A stretch of 64,000 bases of DNA from the human T2T-CHM13v2.0 reference genome, Homo sapiens, in assembly GCF_009914755.1 (NCBI RefSeq), contig NC_060944.1, one strand, 5' to 3'. A model generated the notes under the pieces. The model saw nothing but the letters and a program-made list of their open reading frames with translations. It made no database searches and was not told where the DNA came from. Below, piece by piece: positions 30,320 to 45,878 of the stretch (position 1 is the stretch's first letter; every line of letters begins with the position of its first letter). The position numbers were made by a program, and so were the translations under genes.

Positions 30320-30998
30320 TGAAATAGCCTTTGCCAAAATTATGACAGCGAGAAAATTATGACATTGAAAGAGATCTGACCTAACCAGCTCCATCTTACT
30401 TTTAACCTCCAAACTGCCTTTGGTCATTCCTGGGTGTGAGCTAAGCTAACTTTGGGAGAAATGATAATAGCCCTTCCCAAAAACTAAACCACCTTTGTAA
30501 AACTAATGAAAGCCCACCAGGTTAGGAGGATGACAGGGGCCCAAATTCTGCTAAGATGTAGGCATAGTTCAATGATAACCAGCCACAATTCTAGAGGTCA
30601 CAAGATTTACAACTTCCCCAATGACTCCTGTAAATAACGTCACTATTTTAGAACATAAGATTGGCCTTTTGAGATGTCTTTTGAGGCCCACCTGTACCAG
30701 TGACTCCTCTGTGGTCCCCATCCAGAATTGGATTCAGTGCATAAAGACTGTTTTCCACACCCAGATGATTACATCCCCAACCAATCAGCAGCACCCATTC
30801 CCTACCCTCCTGCGCACCAAACTATCCTTGAAAATCCCTAGCCTTGGAATTTTCAGGGAGGTTGATTTGAGTGATAATAAAACTCCAGTTTCCTGTTTAG
30901 CTAGCTCTATGTATATTAAGCCCTTTTTCTATTGCAATTCCCCTGTCTTGATACATCTATCAGGGCAGAAGACAAGATGAACCCATTGGGTGGTTACA
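30320..30998 (+). mobile_element. Solo LTR, LTR8-like (ERV1)
   Basis: tgaaatagcctttgccaaaattatgac...aataaaactcc...gggtggttaca. Confidence 0.8.
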
Positions 30999-31423
30999 GA
31001 TTCACACTGGATAAGTTTTTCTCAAGCATCCCTTTGAACATATTATTGCCCAACTCAAACCTTCAGTTCTCAGGAAGAGCAGGATAAAATCAAACCACTT
31101 TGTACAAAATCTAAGATTCCTCACAGTCTGACCTAAAAATGTCACAGTGAGCTTGTTTCTTACTACTACCACACCTACACAAACGCTGGTGACAGCCAAA
31201 CTCTTCTACTCCCTGTTCCACAGATAGAATAGATTCTTTCCTATTTCCTTGTTTTTACTTAAATAGTTTTTATTGTCTCTTCTTTCCTGTTATCTCCAAT
31301 GTTACTCCTGCTTCAAGGCCAAACTAAGGATCTTTTTCCCCAAGACTCCTCAGTATCACTGTGACCCACGGTGATGGCCCTCCCTCTGAACTTGTAGTTT
31401 CTTTTCTTCTTGGTTAGCAGTAA

Positions 31424-31814
31424 TAAGACAGCCAAATGCCTAGGCAGGTGAAAAAGGGGTCCTCGGAGAATCTCCAACCCGCCCAAGTGTTTATATCAGA
31501 TGCTTTTGTGCAGATGAGCGACTGGAGCCCGACATGCGCACTGGGGGAAGTGGGTGGAGCCAGGAGGAATTCGTGCCTTACAAAGTCTAGGAGCCTGCTC
31601 TCTTCAGCTGGTGTGGTGACCCAGGAAACAATCTAGGAGGTGGTGGGGGCTGGCTAGCAGGAACTCCATCTCGCTTTGCTGAGTTTATTTTTTCCTTTTG
31701 GCCCAATAAAACCCTGCTCTACTCACCCTTCAATGTGTCCATGTGCCTAAATTTTCCTGGTCGTGTGACAAGAACCTGGGTTTTAGCTGAACTAAGGAGC
31801 AAAATTCTGCAACA
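31424..31814 (+). mobile_element. Solo LTR, MER61-like
   Basis: taagacagcc...gaactaaggagcaaaattctgcaaca, homologous to the provirus LTRs; AATAAA; near-TSD gtaa/gtag. Confidence 0.85.
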
Positions 31815-32118
31815 GTAGCTCACTGTTCTGCATTCTCTAAAGCTGACCTCCTAGTACATCACATATTACATGTTTTATCTACTCAATTATTTATAGACAC
31901 TTTGTAAACCTTTGGGTATATTTCTCATGTAAAATAGGCTGCCTTGAATCAAGGGAAGTTTAATGAATATGTGAGTTTCTTTATTTTGGGGAAACCTCTT
32001 GTTTCCTTAAAGGAAGGAACGTGTTTCACAGGAGAAACTAAAAAGGACAGAAGTCTTTGAGGAAAGAAAGTTTGAATTTATCTTGCTACACATTTGATTG
32101 TAATTTATTTGTGGCTAA

Positions 32119-32552
<434 letters not shown>

Positions 32553-32819
32553 AGAAAACCTTTTTAATAGCTTCTAGTTTAAGAGTCTGTCAGTCTTCTA
32601 AGGCTAGACTTTGACTTAAGAGTTTTTACATTGTTTTGTTTGGATGAAAATTAGTTTTATTCTCAAAACAACACACAATTTAACTTTTTAAACACAAGAA
32701 ACTTTGAGTACATGTTAACATATAAACATATCTTATTCACAATCATCCATTCCAATTGCCAAACCCCAAAATAAATGTTATAGATTATAACAATTTGATT
32801 GACATTCCTCACATCGTAT

Positions 32820-33010
32820 TTTCTGTTTACCATTTATTAGCTGTGTCTAACTGTGAGCAAATTAACCTCTCTGTGACTTACTTTACCCCTCTATAAAATA
32901 GGGGTAATAAATTGCCTATCTCATTGGGATGTTTTGAGGATCAAACGAGTTAATACATGTGAAGAGCTTTGGACACTGCAAGCAGTCAATAAATATTAAC
33001 TGTTATTACT
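32820..33010. mobile_element. MIR
   Basis: aacctctctgtgac...ctataaaataggggtaataa. Confidence 0.65.
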
Positions 33011-33171
33011 ATATTAACTATATATGTTTTCTGTTTAAATACATTTTTCTGTTTTTCTGTTTCAGATTCTAACATACTAGAATCTGGGACCTCTGGCTAT
33101 TTAATTTGCTCTGTCAGTAAATGCAGGTGTTCTGAGTCTTGGAAATCAGTAAACATCATTTGTTTTATTGA

Positions 33172-33514
<343 letters not shown>

Positions 33515-33837
33515 AAAATATAGTGTTTTTTAATCTCTTAAGCAGAATATCTTAAAAATGTTTTACTAGTAGAAAATACTTATATGTCATACATTTTCTG
33601 AACTAATTTCTTTCAAAGACACTGAACAGCAATTTTAGCATATCCTAGGCCCCTGTGGCCGCCTAGGCTGTATTTGATGCTAAATATTTCAGCCTCCAAA
33701 TCCCATACTTATTCTTTAATAGAATTTCAATAGCAGCAACATGACTGATGCTAATGGGACTATTTTAATAGCCTCCACAAATAGTTTTTTGAGCGGCAAC
33801 AGGTCTAAAATAGTCATGGAATGAAACACCCTTATTC

Positions 33838-34130
33838 TTTTTTTTTTGAGACAGAGTTTTGTTCTTGTTGCCCAGGCTGGAGAGCAATGGCATGGTCTCA
33901 GCTCACTGTAACCTCCACCTCCCAAGTTCAAGCAATTCTCATGCCTCAGCCTCCCAAGTAGCTGGGATTACAGGCACACACCACCATGCCCAGCTAATTT
34001 TTGTGTTTTTAGTAGAGATGGGGTTTCGCCATGTTGGCCAGGCTGGTCCCAAACTCCTGGCCTCAGGTGATCCACCTGCCTCGGCCTCCCAAAGTGCTGG
34101 GAATACAGGCGTAAGCCACCGCGCCTGGCC
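33838..34130 (-). mobile_element. Alu (S-type)
   Basis: Alu consensus, antisense. Confidence 0.94.
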
Positions 34131-34763
34131 AAAACCCCTATTCTTTAAAAGTCATACAAAAAGCACTGATTCACTCATTCAATACATTTATGCTAGGCAT
34201 TCACTAGGAATTGAAGATATAGTGACACATAAGACAGAAGCATTTTCTGATCATATGGAGCTTCCATTTGTCTGTAAGAAATACAGCAACCAGTAAACAA
34301 ATAAATGAACAAGTTAGTATCAGATATCCATACATGCTATGAAGAGAATAAAGCAAGAAAATGTAAAAAGTCAAATATGGGGTGAAGAGGGGTTGGTGCA
34401 TAATTTTGATTGGGTGTCCAAGAAAAGCCTTACAGAAGAGGTGACTTTGGAGCCAATAATTTAATGACAAAAAAGCAGTTCTGCAAAGTTATGAAGGCAG
34501 AGCATTCCGGGCAGAAAGGACAGTAAGTACGAATGCCCTAAAGTGGGAACAAACTTGTATGTTCCAGGAATGGAAATAACTCCCAAGTGGCTGAAGGAGT
34601 GTGAGCCAAGGAAAAAATTATCAAAGAGAAAGACACAGAGAGAAGTAGGGGGGTGATATCATACAGGGACATGGTAAGGAGGTGGCATTTTACTGAAGGA
34701 CAAGAGGAAGATATTGCGATCCTAGGTGACAAGCTCTGATTGATGTTTTAGAACAAAAGACTA

Positions 34764-35116
<353 letters not shown>

Positions 35117-35219
35117 CTAGGCGAAGGATGATGTGACTCAGCTGAGTGCAGAAGCAATGGAGATAAATTATATGGGCAGACTTAGGGTATGTTTTAGAAG
35201 TTTAACAGTACTGACTCCG

Positions 35220-35657
35220 TGTTAGAGAAAAGCTAGCTTGCTTGCTTGAATATAATTATTGTTTTGCTTGAGTGTGGAGATTATTCACTAAAACAGCCTT
35301 GAGAAAACAGGACCTTCAACAGAAATAAAAGACACGACCAACAACTCTGGGAATGAGCTGACCGGCCTCGTAAGAACAGGTTGATGGCCCCTGCAGAAGG
35401 TCACCGGCATTGACCTAGAAAGCAATGAGTAACTGCCTGCCTGAGACTGTGCACATTTCACAAGAATGTTTTGATATCACTTCCCCTCATTACTCTTAAA
35501 AATCCCTGATCTAGAGGGACAATTTGTAACGGTGGTCTTTGAATGCTAATTCACTGCCTTCCCCGGGTTTCTGGCTTCTTGAATAAAGCTAACTTTCCTT
35601 TCATCAAAGCTCTTTTCCTGAGTTTTTGTCTTTCAAGTGATGAGTGGCACAGTTACA
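35220..35657 (+). mobile_element. Solo LTR (ERV1-like, family not identified) inserted in L2
   Basis: tgt...aca termini, aataaagc, TATA-like ttaaaaatccc. Confidence 0.6.
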
Positions 35658-36564
35658 GAAGTGGTGCAAATAAAAATGGAGATGGACTGAATACAGGGGT
35701 AAGAGAAAGGACAAAGTCAAAGATAACTTCTTGTTTTGGAGCAAGACCAGCTGAGTGATAGGAGATTCCATTTACAGATAGGAGATTACATTTACAGGGA
35801 TGAAGAAGACTGGGGACAGATGAGATTTTTGGAGGGAATCAAAGTCTTCCCCCAACCCCCTAACAAGCAGACCTGTATATGTGGTAATACCTTCAAATTG
35901 GGTGCCTATATATGAAACATTAAATGTATTTGTCTAAGAGTAAAGAGTGAGTCATGTTTGATATGGAATGGGAAGTGAGCATCATCCCTCACAAATGATA
36001 GATAGGTGGGAAGTAAAAGAACTGGAAGGTGAGAATTCTTTGCCTGCCAGTCACTTACTTTTCCTAGGGCTCAACAATCAAAGACATTTCTTGTTTTCCT
36101 TAACAATCTATGTCCCTTTTTTCTTTCCTGGTTCATATCCCCCAAAATAGTCACTGTTCCTTGGCACTGTGTAATACATTAAATTCTGCTGATAAAGCTC
36201 TTGGGAAAAAGAGGAAATGAAAAGTAAGAGCTTATAGAAGGCATCAGTGAGGACAATAAAAGTAGCAAACCAAGACTAGCTGGTCACCTTCTCACCAGTG
36301 GTCTTTGTTTAGGTAAATGAATGAGATGCTATCGAGATATAATGTGGCAGAGAACACAGGCTGCTGCCATTGGTTTCACAAAAGGGAGAAATGAATTTCT
36401 ACTTTTCCCACTATGTATAGATGCAGATTCCATATACTATGTTTAAACCACTATATTTCTAAAGAGTATGAACACTAGTGCCCCAGACACTAGTGAAGAA
36501 AGTCAAGAGCAAGTGAAAAACAAAGAAAATGAGTTTTTCTATAAGAAAACTAGGTTTTCCTAGG

Positions 36565-36730
36565 TCATTGGTTCTTAAAGTATGGTCCCTGAAATCTGTT
36601 AGACGTGCAAATTATCTGCTCCACCTGAGGTCTACAGAACCAGAAACTCTGGGAGTGAAGTCCAGCAATCTGTGATTTAACAAGTCCTCCAGGTGATTAT
36701 GATGCATCCTTAAGTTTAAGAACCCCTGCC
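36565..36730. mobile_element. MER5A-like hAT DNA transposon fragment
   Basis: ggttcttaaagtatggtccc...cagaaactctgggagtg...ttaacaagtcctccaggtgatt. Confidence 0.7.
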
Positions 36731-37744
36731 CTAGGTAATAGTGGAAGAAGGTTATTAGTACATGAGAGTGAAATTGAAGTCCAACATTAAATAATACAAA
36801 AATTTAACATCAGTCATAATACAGTGAAGATATGTGCACATATAGCAAAGACTCACATAGAAGCAGATGTTTTAATTATGGTTTCTCATCAGAAATTGAA
36901 AATATGTCAGATTATTAGCTTTCTAGGTCTTAAATAAATGCATGTATGTTTGAAAAAAATGGGGGCTGGCAATTTTAAACTTTAAAATTAACTGTTTTAG
37001 TAGTTTTTCCTCCCTTAAAATAAGAGTTTATGAGATGTTTACATTGAAGCAAAGCTGTTTTTGTTAATGGACTTGATGTCTTTTATTTTTTTCCTAGGCT
37101 TTTCAATTAAGAATATAAAACAATCTCAGGATACATTTTCCTAACACATCTAAGATTTTTTAAAACAAAGCAAATATGTTAGATGTAATAACCACCCCTA
37201 AGTGAAAAGAATAATTATCCCTTGTAGAGAAGAAGTAACTCATTCAGTTACTTCAGCAAATTATCAGTAAAAATATTTCTTCCTCTTGGCAAAGCCATTG
37301 CTTATTATTTTATTGTGTATTTGCATATCCACCTTCTAATATCACCAAATAAGAATAGTAGACAGCTTCCTAAGGGTAAATTGTGAAATACAGGGAAATG
37401 GTAAAGCAGCAAATAAAAAGGAAAAAAGTGGCATGAGTGATATTAATAATACAGTGCTAACATAAGATTTATATTAACTGCTAATGCTTTCTGAAATTCA
37501 GAGAACATTAACAACTGATACTTACTGGAGTCTGTATTTATATTCTGTATTTACATGCAAGGAGCAGAAAATTATAGTTAAACATATAGCCATGTCAACT
37601 TTTCATGGTACAGGGAATACATGGATTATCAAAAGAGCTCTGGGTTTTTTTTTTTTTTCATTACTTTCAGCACTTCTTTTCTCTTAATTTTACTAGAGCT
37701 ACTGATAGTTTCTGTTCATTCCTTGATACAAGGATTGCTAAATG

Positions 37745-39300
37745 ACATTCATTCATTCACAAATATTTAGCAAGCACTTATTAAATTGTAGTGACTAATC
37801 AAGAGATATTTGTATCTCTGAGAACTATACAAAAAAGTAAAGAGTTCAGTTTCCTTTGGGGGAGTCAAATGGGGAGTTAAGTAATGAGCAAGTTTGTAGA
37901 CACATGATTACATGCAACAAGAAAGCAGATGAAGACCCAGTAGTCTGGGAGAGGAGTTAGAAAATGAGGGATGTGCTATTTTAGATTGGTGATTTAAAAA
38001 ATTCACCAATTTTTATGGACTTAGAATGGGGGTGTGCATGCTGATTGGTCCGTGGGTGGGCTTGCAAAAAGCACCACTCAGTTGGTTAAAAGGCATCATC
38101 CTGAAGGAACCAATTAAGAGAGAGAGAGAGTAAGATGGGGGTAGAACTTCTCATTCCAGGTGTGGACTCCATCCAGAAATGGCAGCTCGGTTTTCAGGCT
38201 TTAAACTCTCTTTGGCTTGAAGGTCGGGTCTCACCAGGGACCTGTCCCTGTCTGCCTAGGAATTTGTCTGTCTTCTATTACTATCAGTACAAAGGCCCTG
38301 AGGTAGACAGACTTGGGTACTCCAGAGATAGCATGGAGGCCAACGTGACTGGAATAGGGTGAGTAATGGGGAGTATGGTCAGAGCTCAGAGAAACAGCAA
38401 ATGCCAATCATGTAAAGCCCCATGGGACTTGATGAAGAGTTTAGATTTTGTCTTAAGTGTAATGGAATACATACCGTGAGGTGAATAGGCTGCAATAGAG
38501 CAAAAATGCAGGAGATCAGAGAGTTGGCTACCACAGAGTCCAGATGGGTGAGCTGGTGGAGTAGTTAAAAGGGATTGGATTCCGGATATTTGAAAGACCA
38601 AGATAACTGGGATATTGTGTATGAGAGAAAGAAGCAGAGGGTGAGCTTAAGATTTTTGTTCTAAGCATCTGGTGGATGAAGGAGCCATTTACTGGCCTAG
38701 GAGATGTCAGGAAAGGAACAGGTTTGGAGTTCAGAAAAATCAAGAGTTCAGTAGTCAACATGTCAAGTCTCAGATCCATTTTACACATCCCAGTAAACAT
38801 GTGCCTGAAGTAGTTTGTGTCTGGGGTTGAGGCAGTGCAGGTTACAGCTGCTGGTAGGTTGATAGAGTTGATGATGGGTGGATATAGAATTGCTCTTCAA
38901 ACTGTTTCCTTTTTTCAGTGTGAAAAATACAAAGCGTTTTGCTAAATGCATGATGATGGTGATTTCTGAAATTGGAGAACAAACAAAACCCAGGAAGGTC
39001 ATCAGCTGAGATGTGTTGGAATTTTGGTAAGAAGGGAGAAAATATGAAACAGTGATCTTAGAGATGTGGAATAATAAATTTGACTAGGGAGATGTTCAGG
39101 TTTGCTGGGAAACACTGAAGGCCTCCTTAGTCTGTGGTCATGAAATTAAAATGAGACTGGTTGCCTGATTCTCTTTTCCCAGCCATGTTCAGCCACCCAG
39201 AAGGAGGAATTGAGTAGATGGAGAACTACATTTCATCAGGGTTAAGGTTTTACCAATAAATGAAATGGAGTGCAAGGGGAATAACTAAATGGAAGATCTA
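37745..39300 (-). mobile_element. L2 fragments
   Basis: cattcattcattcacaaatattta; aaaggccctgaggtag; aagagttcagt. Confidence 0.55.
38010..38286 (-). mobile_element. ERV1 LTR fragment (MER52-related), antisense
   Basis: Reverse-complement similarity to 41200-41430 (gcatgctgattggtcc; ttgaaggtcgggtctcaccagggacctg). Confidence 0.55.
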
Positions 39301-40670
39301 TATGAGGAAGTGATTTCACAGCACCCTGCAATGTTAGCTGCAATTCCCAAATCCAAAAAAGATCTGAACACTGAAAGCTTTTTCATTAGTTTGGTGCTCA
39401 AAATCAGTTGGTGTGAAAACTTGACCTGACCTTATGTTAGGTTAATTCTATTCTTTATCCCATTTAGTGTGATATTCTTACGTTTTTCTGCATAACTATT
39501 AATGAAAACAATGTATTTCCTGAATCCCTACTTGGGGTATTCTATAATATGTGAGGGGTGTGTGTATGTTTCTCTCTCCCTTTCTCTCTCTCTTTTACAT
39601 TTGACATTATTTTACATTATTACACACTATGTACATTTTAATATATACATATATATATATATATTTACATTTCTAAAAGTTTTTTAAGACTTTGAATTCT
39701 GCCTCACACTCTTCCAAAAAATTGCAGAGGAGGGAACACTTTCAAACTTATTCTATGAGGTCAGCATTACCCCAATACCAAAGCTAGACAAGGACACTAC
39801 CAGGAAAGAAAACTATAGACCAATATCTCTGATAAATACTGATGGAAAAATCTTCAAAATATTAGCAAACTGAATTCAGCAGCATATTAAAAAATTATTT
39901 ACCATGACCAAGTGGGATTTTTTTCTGATATGCAAGGATGGTTCAACACATGGAAATTATGTAATATGTCACATTAACAAAATGAAAGAGGAGAAAAGCA
40001 CATGATTATCTAAATTGATGTAGAAAAAGAATTTGACAAAATTTGACATGCTTTTGTGATAAAAAGCATTCAACAAACAAAGAATAGAAGGAAATTACCT
40101 CAACATAATAAATAAAGACCATATATGAAGGGTTACATACTCCATGGTTAATATCATACTCAATGGTTAAAGTTAATATCATACTCAACAGTTAAAGACC
40201 AAAAGCTTTTCCTCTGAGATAGGAACAAAGCAAGGATACCCACTGTTAACTGCTTTCATTCAACATAGTACTGAAAGTCCTAGCCACAGCAATTAGGAAA
40301 TAAATTTATCTAGGGAAAAGTTATAAAAAAAAAGTTATCCAAATTGGAAAAGAAGAAGTAAAATTATCTGTTCACAGAAGATATAATCTCATATGTAGAA
40401 ATCCCTAGAGATTCTACACAAAAAAACTGCTACATATAAACAAAGTTTAAACAAAAGTTGCAGAATACAAAATCAATACAAAATAGTTGTATTTCTATAT
40501 ACTACAAATGAAGAAGCCAATAAGGAAATTGAGGAAACAATTCCATTTAAAATAGCATAAAAAAGAATAAAGTACTTATAAAGAAACTTAGTCAAGAAGA
40601 CAAAAGACTTGTATTAAAAAAACTATAAAACTTGCTGAAATAAATTAAAGAAGACACTAACAAATGGAAA

Positions 40671-42300
40671 TGATGATGGTGGTGGCCCACCTGGAGCAGC
40701 TACTGCAGAAATGCCAGCTGCAGCAGGGGAAGCACGCTTAGGGCTGTGTGCTCCGCAGAGCCAGTGGAAGCTGGGAACAGGAGGGAGCCATGACCCATTC
40801 CGAGTTGGCCAGGTGGGAGCCCCACCTTCCTGGGCACAGCTGTAGCCGCCCAGCTGCGGCTGCAGACCCAGGCATCCCTGTGCTCTTGGGGCGAGAAACC
40901 CTCCCATCCCGCAGGATTGGAAGTGCCTGCTCCCACTGCCTGGCCTCTCCCAGCACCTGGTACCTGCTGTGATTTTGGAGCAAAACTGAGGTGGAGCCTG
41001 GGCACTGTTGCAACCCAGCTGGTGTGTGTGCACTTAGGGTGGTGCTGACATGCCAGCCCCCTGCTGCCTCAGCCCCTCTGGACTTTGGGCACTGACGAGC
41101 ATGGGAGGGAGGCCGAGGGGGTACTGAGGATGGCTCAATGCAGGCCTGCAGGTGCCACTCCACATGAACAGCCTGGGGACCATGGATGACATGTAGATGG
41201 CAGCAGGAGGCAGACAGGCTCCTGGGTGGAAAGGGGCAGGTCCCCACTGAAACCCCACCTTCAAGCCAGGAAGGACCTGAAGCCTGGGGGCCAGGATCCA
41301 TGATCCATTCCGGGTGGAGTCTGCAGCTGGGAGTGAGAACTTATGGTGCTTTTTTTAGGCCGACCCATGGCCACCCATGGACCAATCAGCATGCACTTCC
41401 CCTCTTCTGAGCCCATAAAAACCCCCGGACTCAGCTAGACTCCGGCAGACATCAAGAAGACCTGCCTGCAGGTAGGAGCTACCCATTCCATATCTCCTCT
41501 CCACTGAGGGCTACAGAGATGATGGGATGACCTGCCTGCAGATGGGAGCTACCCACTCTGAATCTCATCTCCAGTAAGAGCTGTGTTCATCAGGACCACC
41601 TGCCTGCGGAAAGGAGCTACCCACTTTGGGTCTCCTGAAAGCTGTACTGTCGCTCAATGAAGCACCTCTTCACCTTGCTCACCCTCCAATTGTCTGCGTA
41701 TCTCATTCTTCCTGGATGCAGGACAAGAACTTGGGACCCGCTGAATGGTGGGACTGAAAGAGCTGTAACACAAAAAGGGCTAAAACATGCCCCCCACACT
41801 GCAGGCAATGAGAAGAAGAGAAGAGCTGCAGCCCTTTTAGGAGCCCAGACCTAGGGACTCCCTGAGCCAGGGCTGTGACACCCTCTTTGGGGCACTGTGG
41901 TTTCTGGCATTTCCAAGCTTCTGGGCACCACTGTATTCCCTTCATCCAGACGCAGGTGCCCACAACAAAAGCCACTTTGCAGTGCATCTGATCCAGCCAC
42001 AGGTTTGCATGAAGCTGTTGCCTATGCCAGTGCCTGTAGCTGCCCACTCTGCCACAGCAGCTGGTGTGCCTGGCTGTGCACAGTGACTGGACCCCGTGCT
42101 CACTCATGCACCCTTCACCACTCCATGCTTGGCTCGCCCTTGGCAGTTGTGGGGTCCAGGCTGGTAGCATGAGCCAAGTGCAGCCTGCCAGGCCAAGTGG
42201 CCAGAATGAGCACAGCAGGTCTGAGCAAAACTTGGGCAAAGGTGCCACCAGCCACAGAGGCTTCCAGCTGGAAAAGTGACACTCCAAGGATCCTGTGACA
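40671..42300 (+). mobile_element. Long GC-rich solo LTR, MER52-like, inserted in L1
   Basis: tga...aca termini with perfect 4-bp TSD GAAA; L1 ORF2 sequence resumes after it; internal acctgcctgc..ggagctaccca repeats. Confidence 0.88.
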
Positions 42301-42886
42301 GAAACACACCTTGTGTTCATAGATTGGAAGTCTTAATATTTCTAAGATGTCAATACTATCCAATGCGATCTATAGATTTAATGCAATCCCTATAAAAATC
42401 CCAATGGCTTTTTTTTTTCAGAAATAGAGATATTTTTTCTAAAATTCAAATGAAATCTCAAGGGACTCTGAATATCCAAAACAATCTTGAAAAAGAAGAC
42501 TAAAGTTGGAGGTCTCAAATTTCTCAATATCAACACCTATTACAAAATTACAATAGTCAAAAGAGTGCGGCACAAAGATAGACATATAGACCAATGGAAT
42601 AGAATAGAAAGCCCAGAAATAAAGCTTCTCATATATGATCAAATGATATTAAAGAGTGCCAAGACCATTCAGTGGAGAAAGACAGTCTTTTCAACAAAAT
42701 GTGCTGGGAAAACTGGATAGCCATGTGCAAAAGGATGAAATTGGACCTTACCTTATTTCATATACAAAAGTTAACTCAAAATGTATCAAAGACCTAAATA
42801 CAAGACACAAAACTATAAAATACTTAGAAGAAAACATAGGAGAAAATTTTCATGACATTGGATTTGGTAATGATTTCTTGGCTATT

Positions 42887-43175
42887 GTTACTGAAACATC
42901 AGGGATTTGGTCTAGGCCCTACTGCATGCCACACAGAAAGCCACTGCACAGAAAACCAGTGATTGAGACAACTAGTATTGCCAAGGAAGAAGGCTTTAAT
43001 GAGGATCAGTCTCAAATCCGTCTCCCTGACCAACTGAAACCGAGGGTTTATATAGCAGAGAAGAAATGAACAGAACTCAGATAAAACAAATATAAGTTTC
43101 AAGCTTTAAGACCAGAAGGGTCAATTTCTATGTTTATCCAAAAAACTATCTATGGAACTATTGGGTCAGTTTTCG
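42887..43175 (-). mobile_element. Internally deleted MER4-group LTR inserted in L1
   Basis: tgttactgaaacatcagggatttggtctagg...gggtcagttttc interrupts L1 ORF2 sequence. Confidence 0.65.
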
Positions 43176-43557
43176 TATAACACCAAAAGCCCAGGCAACA
43201 AAAATAAAAATTGATAAATTAGATTACATCAAAATTTAAAACTCCTGTGTATGAAACGATACTATCCACAGAGTGAAAAGACAACCCACAGACTGGGAGA
43301 AAATATTTGCAAATTAGATAAGAAGTTAATATCCAGAATATATTTTAAAACTTCTACAACTCACCAAATAATAAACTCAATTAAAAAATGAGCAAATGAA
43401 TTGAATAGACATTTTTCCAAAGAGGATATGCAAATGGACATCAAGCCCATGGAAATCTGCTCTGCATCACCAATCATTAGGAAAACAAAAATGAAAACCT
43501 CAATGAGCCACCACCTTACACCCTATTCAAATGGCTACTATAAAAACAAAACAACAG

Positions 43558-43892
43558 GCCGGGCGCGGTGGCTCACGCCTGTAATCCCAGCACCTTGGGA
43601 GGCGGAGGCAGGCGGATCACGAGGTCAGGAGATCAAGACCATCCTGGCTAACACTGTGAAACCCCATCTCTACTAAAAATACAAAAAATTAGCCAGGCGT
43701 GGTGGCAGGTGCCTGTAGTCCCAGCTATCGGGAGGCTGAGGCAGGAGAATGGCATGAACCCAGGAGGCCGAGCTTGCAGTAAGCCAAGATCGTGCCACTG
43801 CACTCCAGCCTGGGCAACAGAGTGAGACTCTGTCTCAAAACAAAAAACAAAAAACAAACAACAAAAAAAACCAAACAAAAAAAAAAAAACAA
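43558..43892 (+). mobile_element. AluY-like inside L1
   Basis: AluY diagnostics. Confidence 0.93.
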
Positions 43893-45168
43893 GTGCTGGA
43901 GACATTAGAACACTTGTGGACTATTGGTGGGCATGTAAAATGGTGCAGCCACTGTGGAAAACAAATGATGATCAGACAACAAATTAAAAATGGAATTACT
44001 TTATAATCCAGTATTGCCACTTTTGAGTATGTGCCCAAAAGAATTGAAACAGGGTACTGAAGAGGTATTTGTATGCCCATGTTAATAGCAGCATTATTTG
44101 CAATAGCCAAAATGTGTAAGCAATCAGCATTCATTAATGAATGAATGAATGAACTATGATTACATATTTCAGCTTTAAAAAGGAAGGAAATTCTGACACA
44201 TGTATAGATTTTGAGGAGATTATGCCAAGTGAAATAAGTCAACTATTAAAAGAAAAACACTGTATGAACACTTAGATGAGGTACCTAAAGTAGTCAAATT
44301 CAGGGAGACAGAAAGTAGAATGTTGATTGCCAGGGGCTGGGGTGAGAGGGGAATGGAGAGGTTTTTGTTTTTTTTTAACGGATATAGAGTTTCGGTTTTA
44401 CAAGATGGAGAGTCCTGGAGATTAGTAGCACAACAGTGTGAATGTAATTAGCACTACTGAGCTGTACATTTAAAAATTGTTAAAATGCTAAATTTTATGT
44501 TATGTATATTTGACCACAATTTTTTAAAGCCTAATTTCTGAAACAGCTTTGTTCCCACAGGCTTTGGAAAAGATCCTGTGGTCCTGGGGTGATGAGGTAT
44601 CAACTTTCAGCCAAGTAATAAGGGAAATGAGCATGTGAGGGGAACAATGAGCAGTAAAAAGGGCAAATCGATTTGAGGTCCTGGTGGGATTGAAGCATTT
44701 ATGGAACAACCTGGAAAGATATCAGTGGCCATCAGAGACTTGGATACCTGAAATTTTCATCTGGAACAGGCACAGTTTAGATTATGACCATGGGAGTGTT
44801 AAGGAGGATGGGACTATTGGAAGCAAGAAGATGTAAGTAATGAAACTGAGCTGCTACGATTCATGAATACTGAAATCTCCAATGTAGACAGGAGCTCTCT
44901 GCTCCTGGGAGAGAAAGACCACGAGCTACGTTTCTATCTTCATCTCTTACTACTTTCCCAATGAGAATGTGGCAATAGGGAGGGAGAAGGATACCTACCA
45001 CCCTATCCTGAACCAATATAAGTGGACTGTGTTAGAAAATGCTTGAAAGGGTTACAGGGGAAGAAGTCATCAGGAGACAACTAGGTTTCAGTTAAGATGA
45101 AGGGAAAGGAAACATTTGGAGAAGTACGACCCTGAAGTTAGGTGATTAGAAAGAAAATACTGATTAGA

Positions 45169-45878
<710 letters not shown>

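Larger units (their letters stand above)
39700..44525 (+). mobile_element. Degenerate L1 (L1M-type) ORF2 3' half plus 3' UTR, interrupted by two LTRs and an AluY
   Basis: ORF2 remnants (YYKITIVK..HKDRHIDQWNRIESPE; MNRHFSKEDMQM) and L1M 3' UTR. Confidence 0.9.

Noticed and set aside
37215-37335. Another faintly exon-3-like purine-rich stretch on minus (KVDMQIHNKIISNGFAKRKK)
   Set aside because: Weak acceptor, early stops, no donor; similarity attributable to base composition
40623-42363. Cluster of 100-205 aa ORFs
   Set aside because: Chance ORFs in a GC-rich MER52-like LTR with a clear TSD
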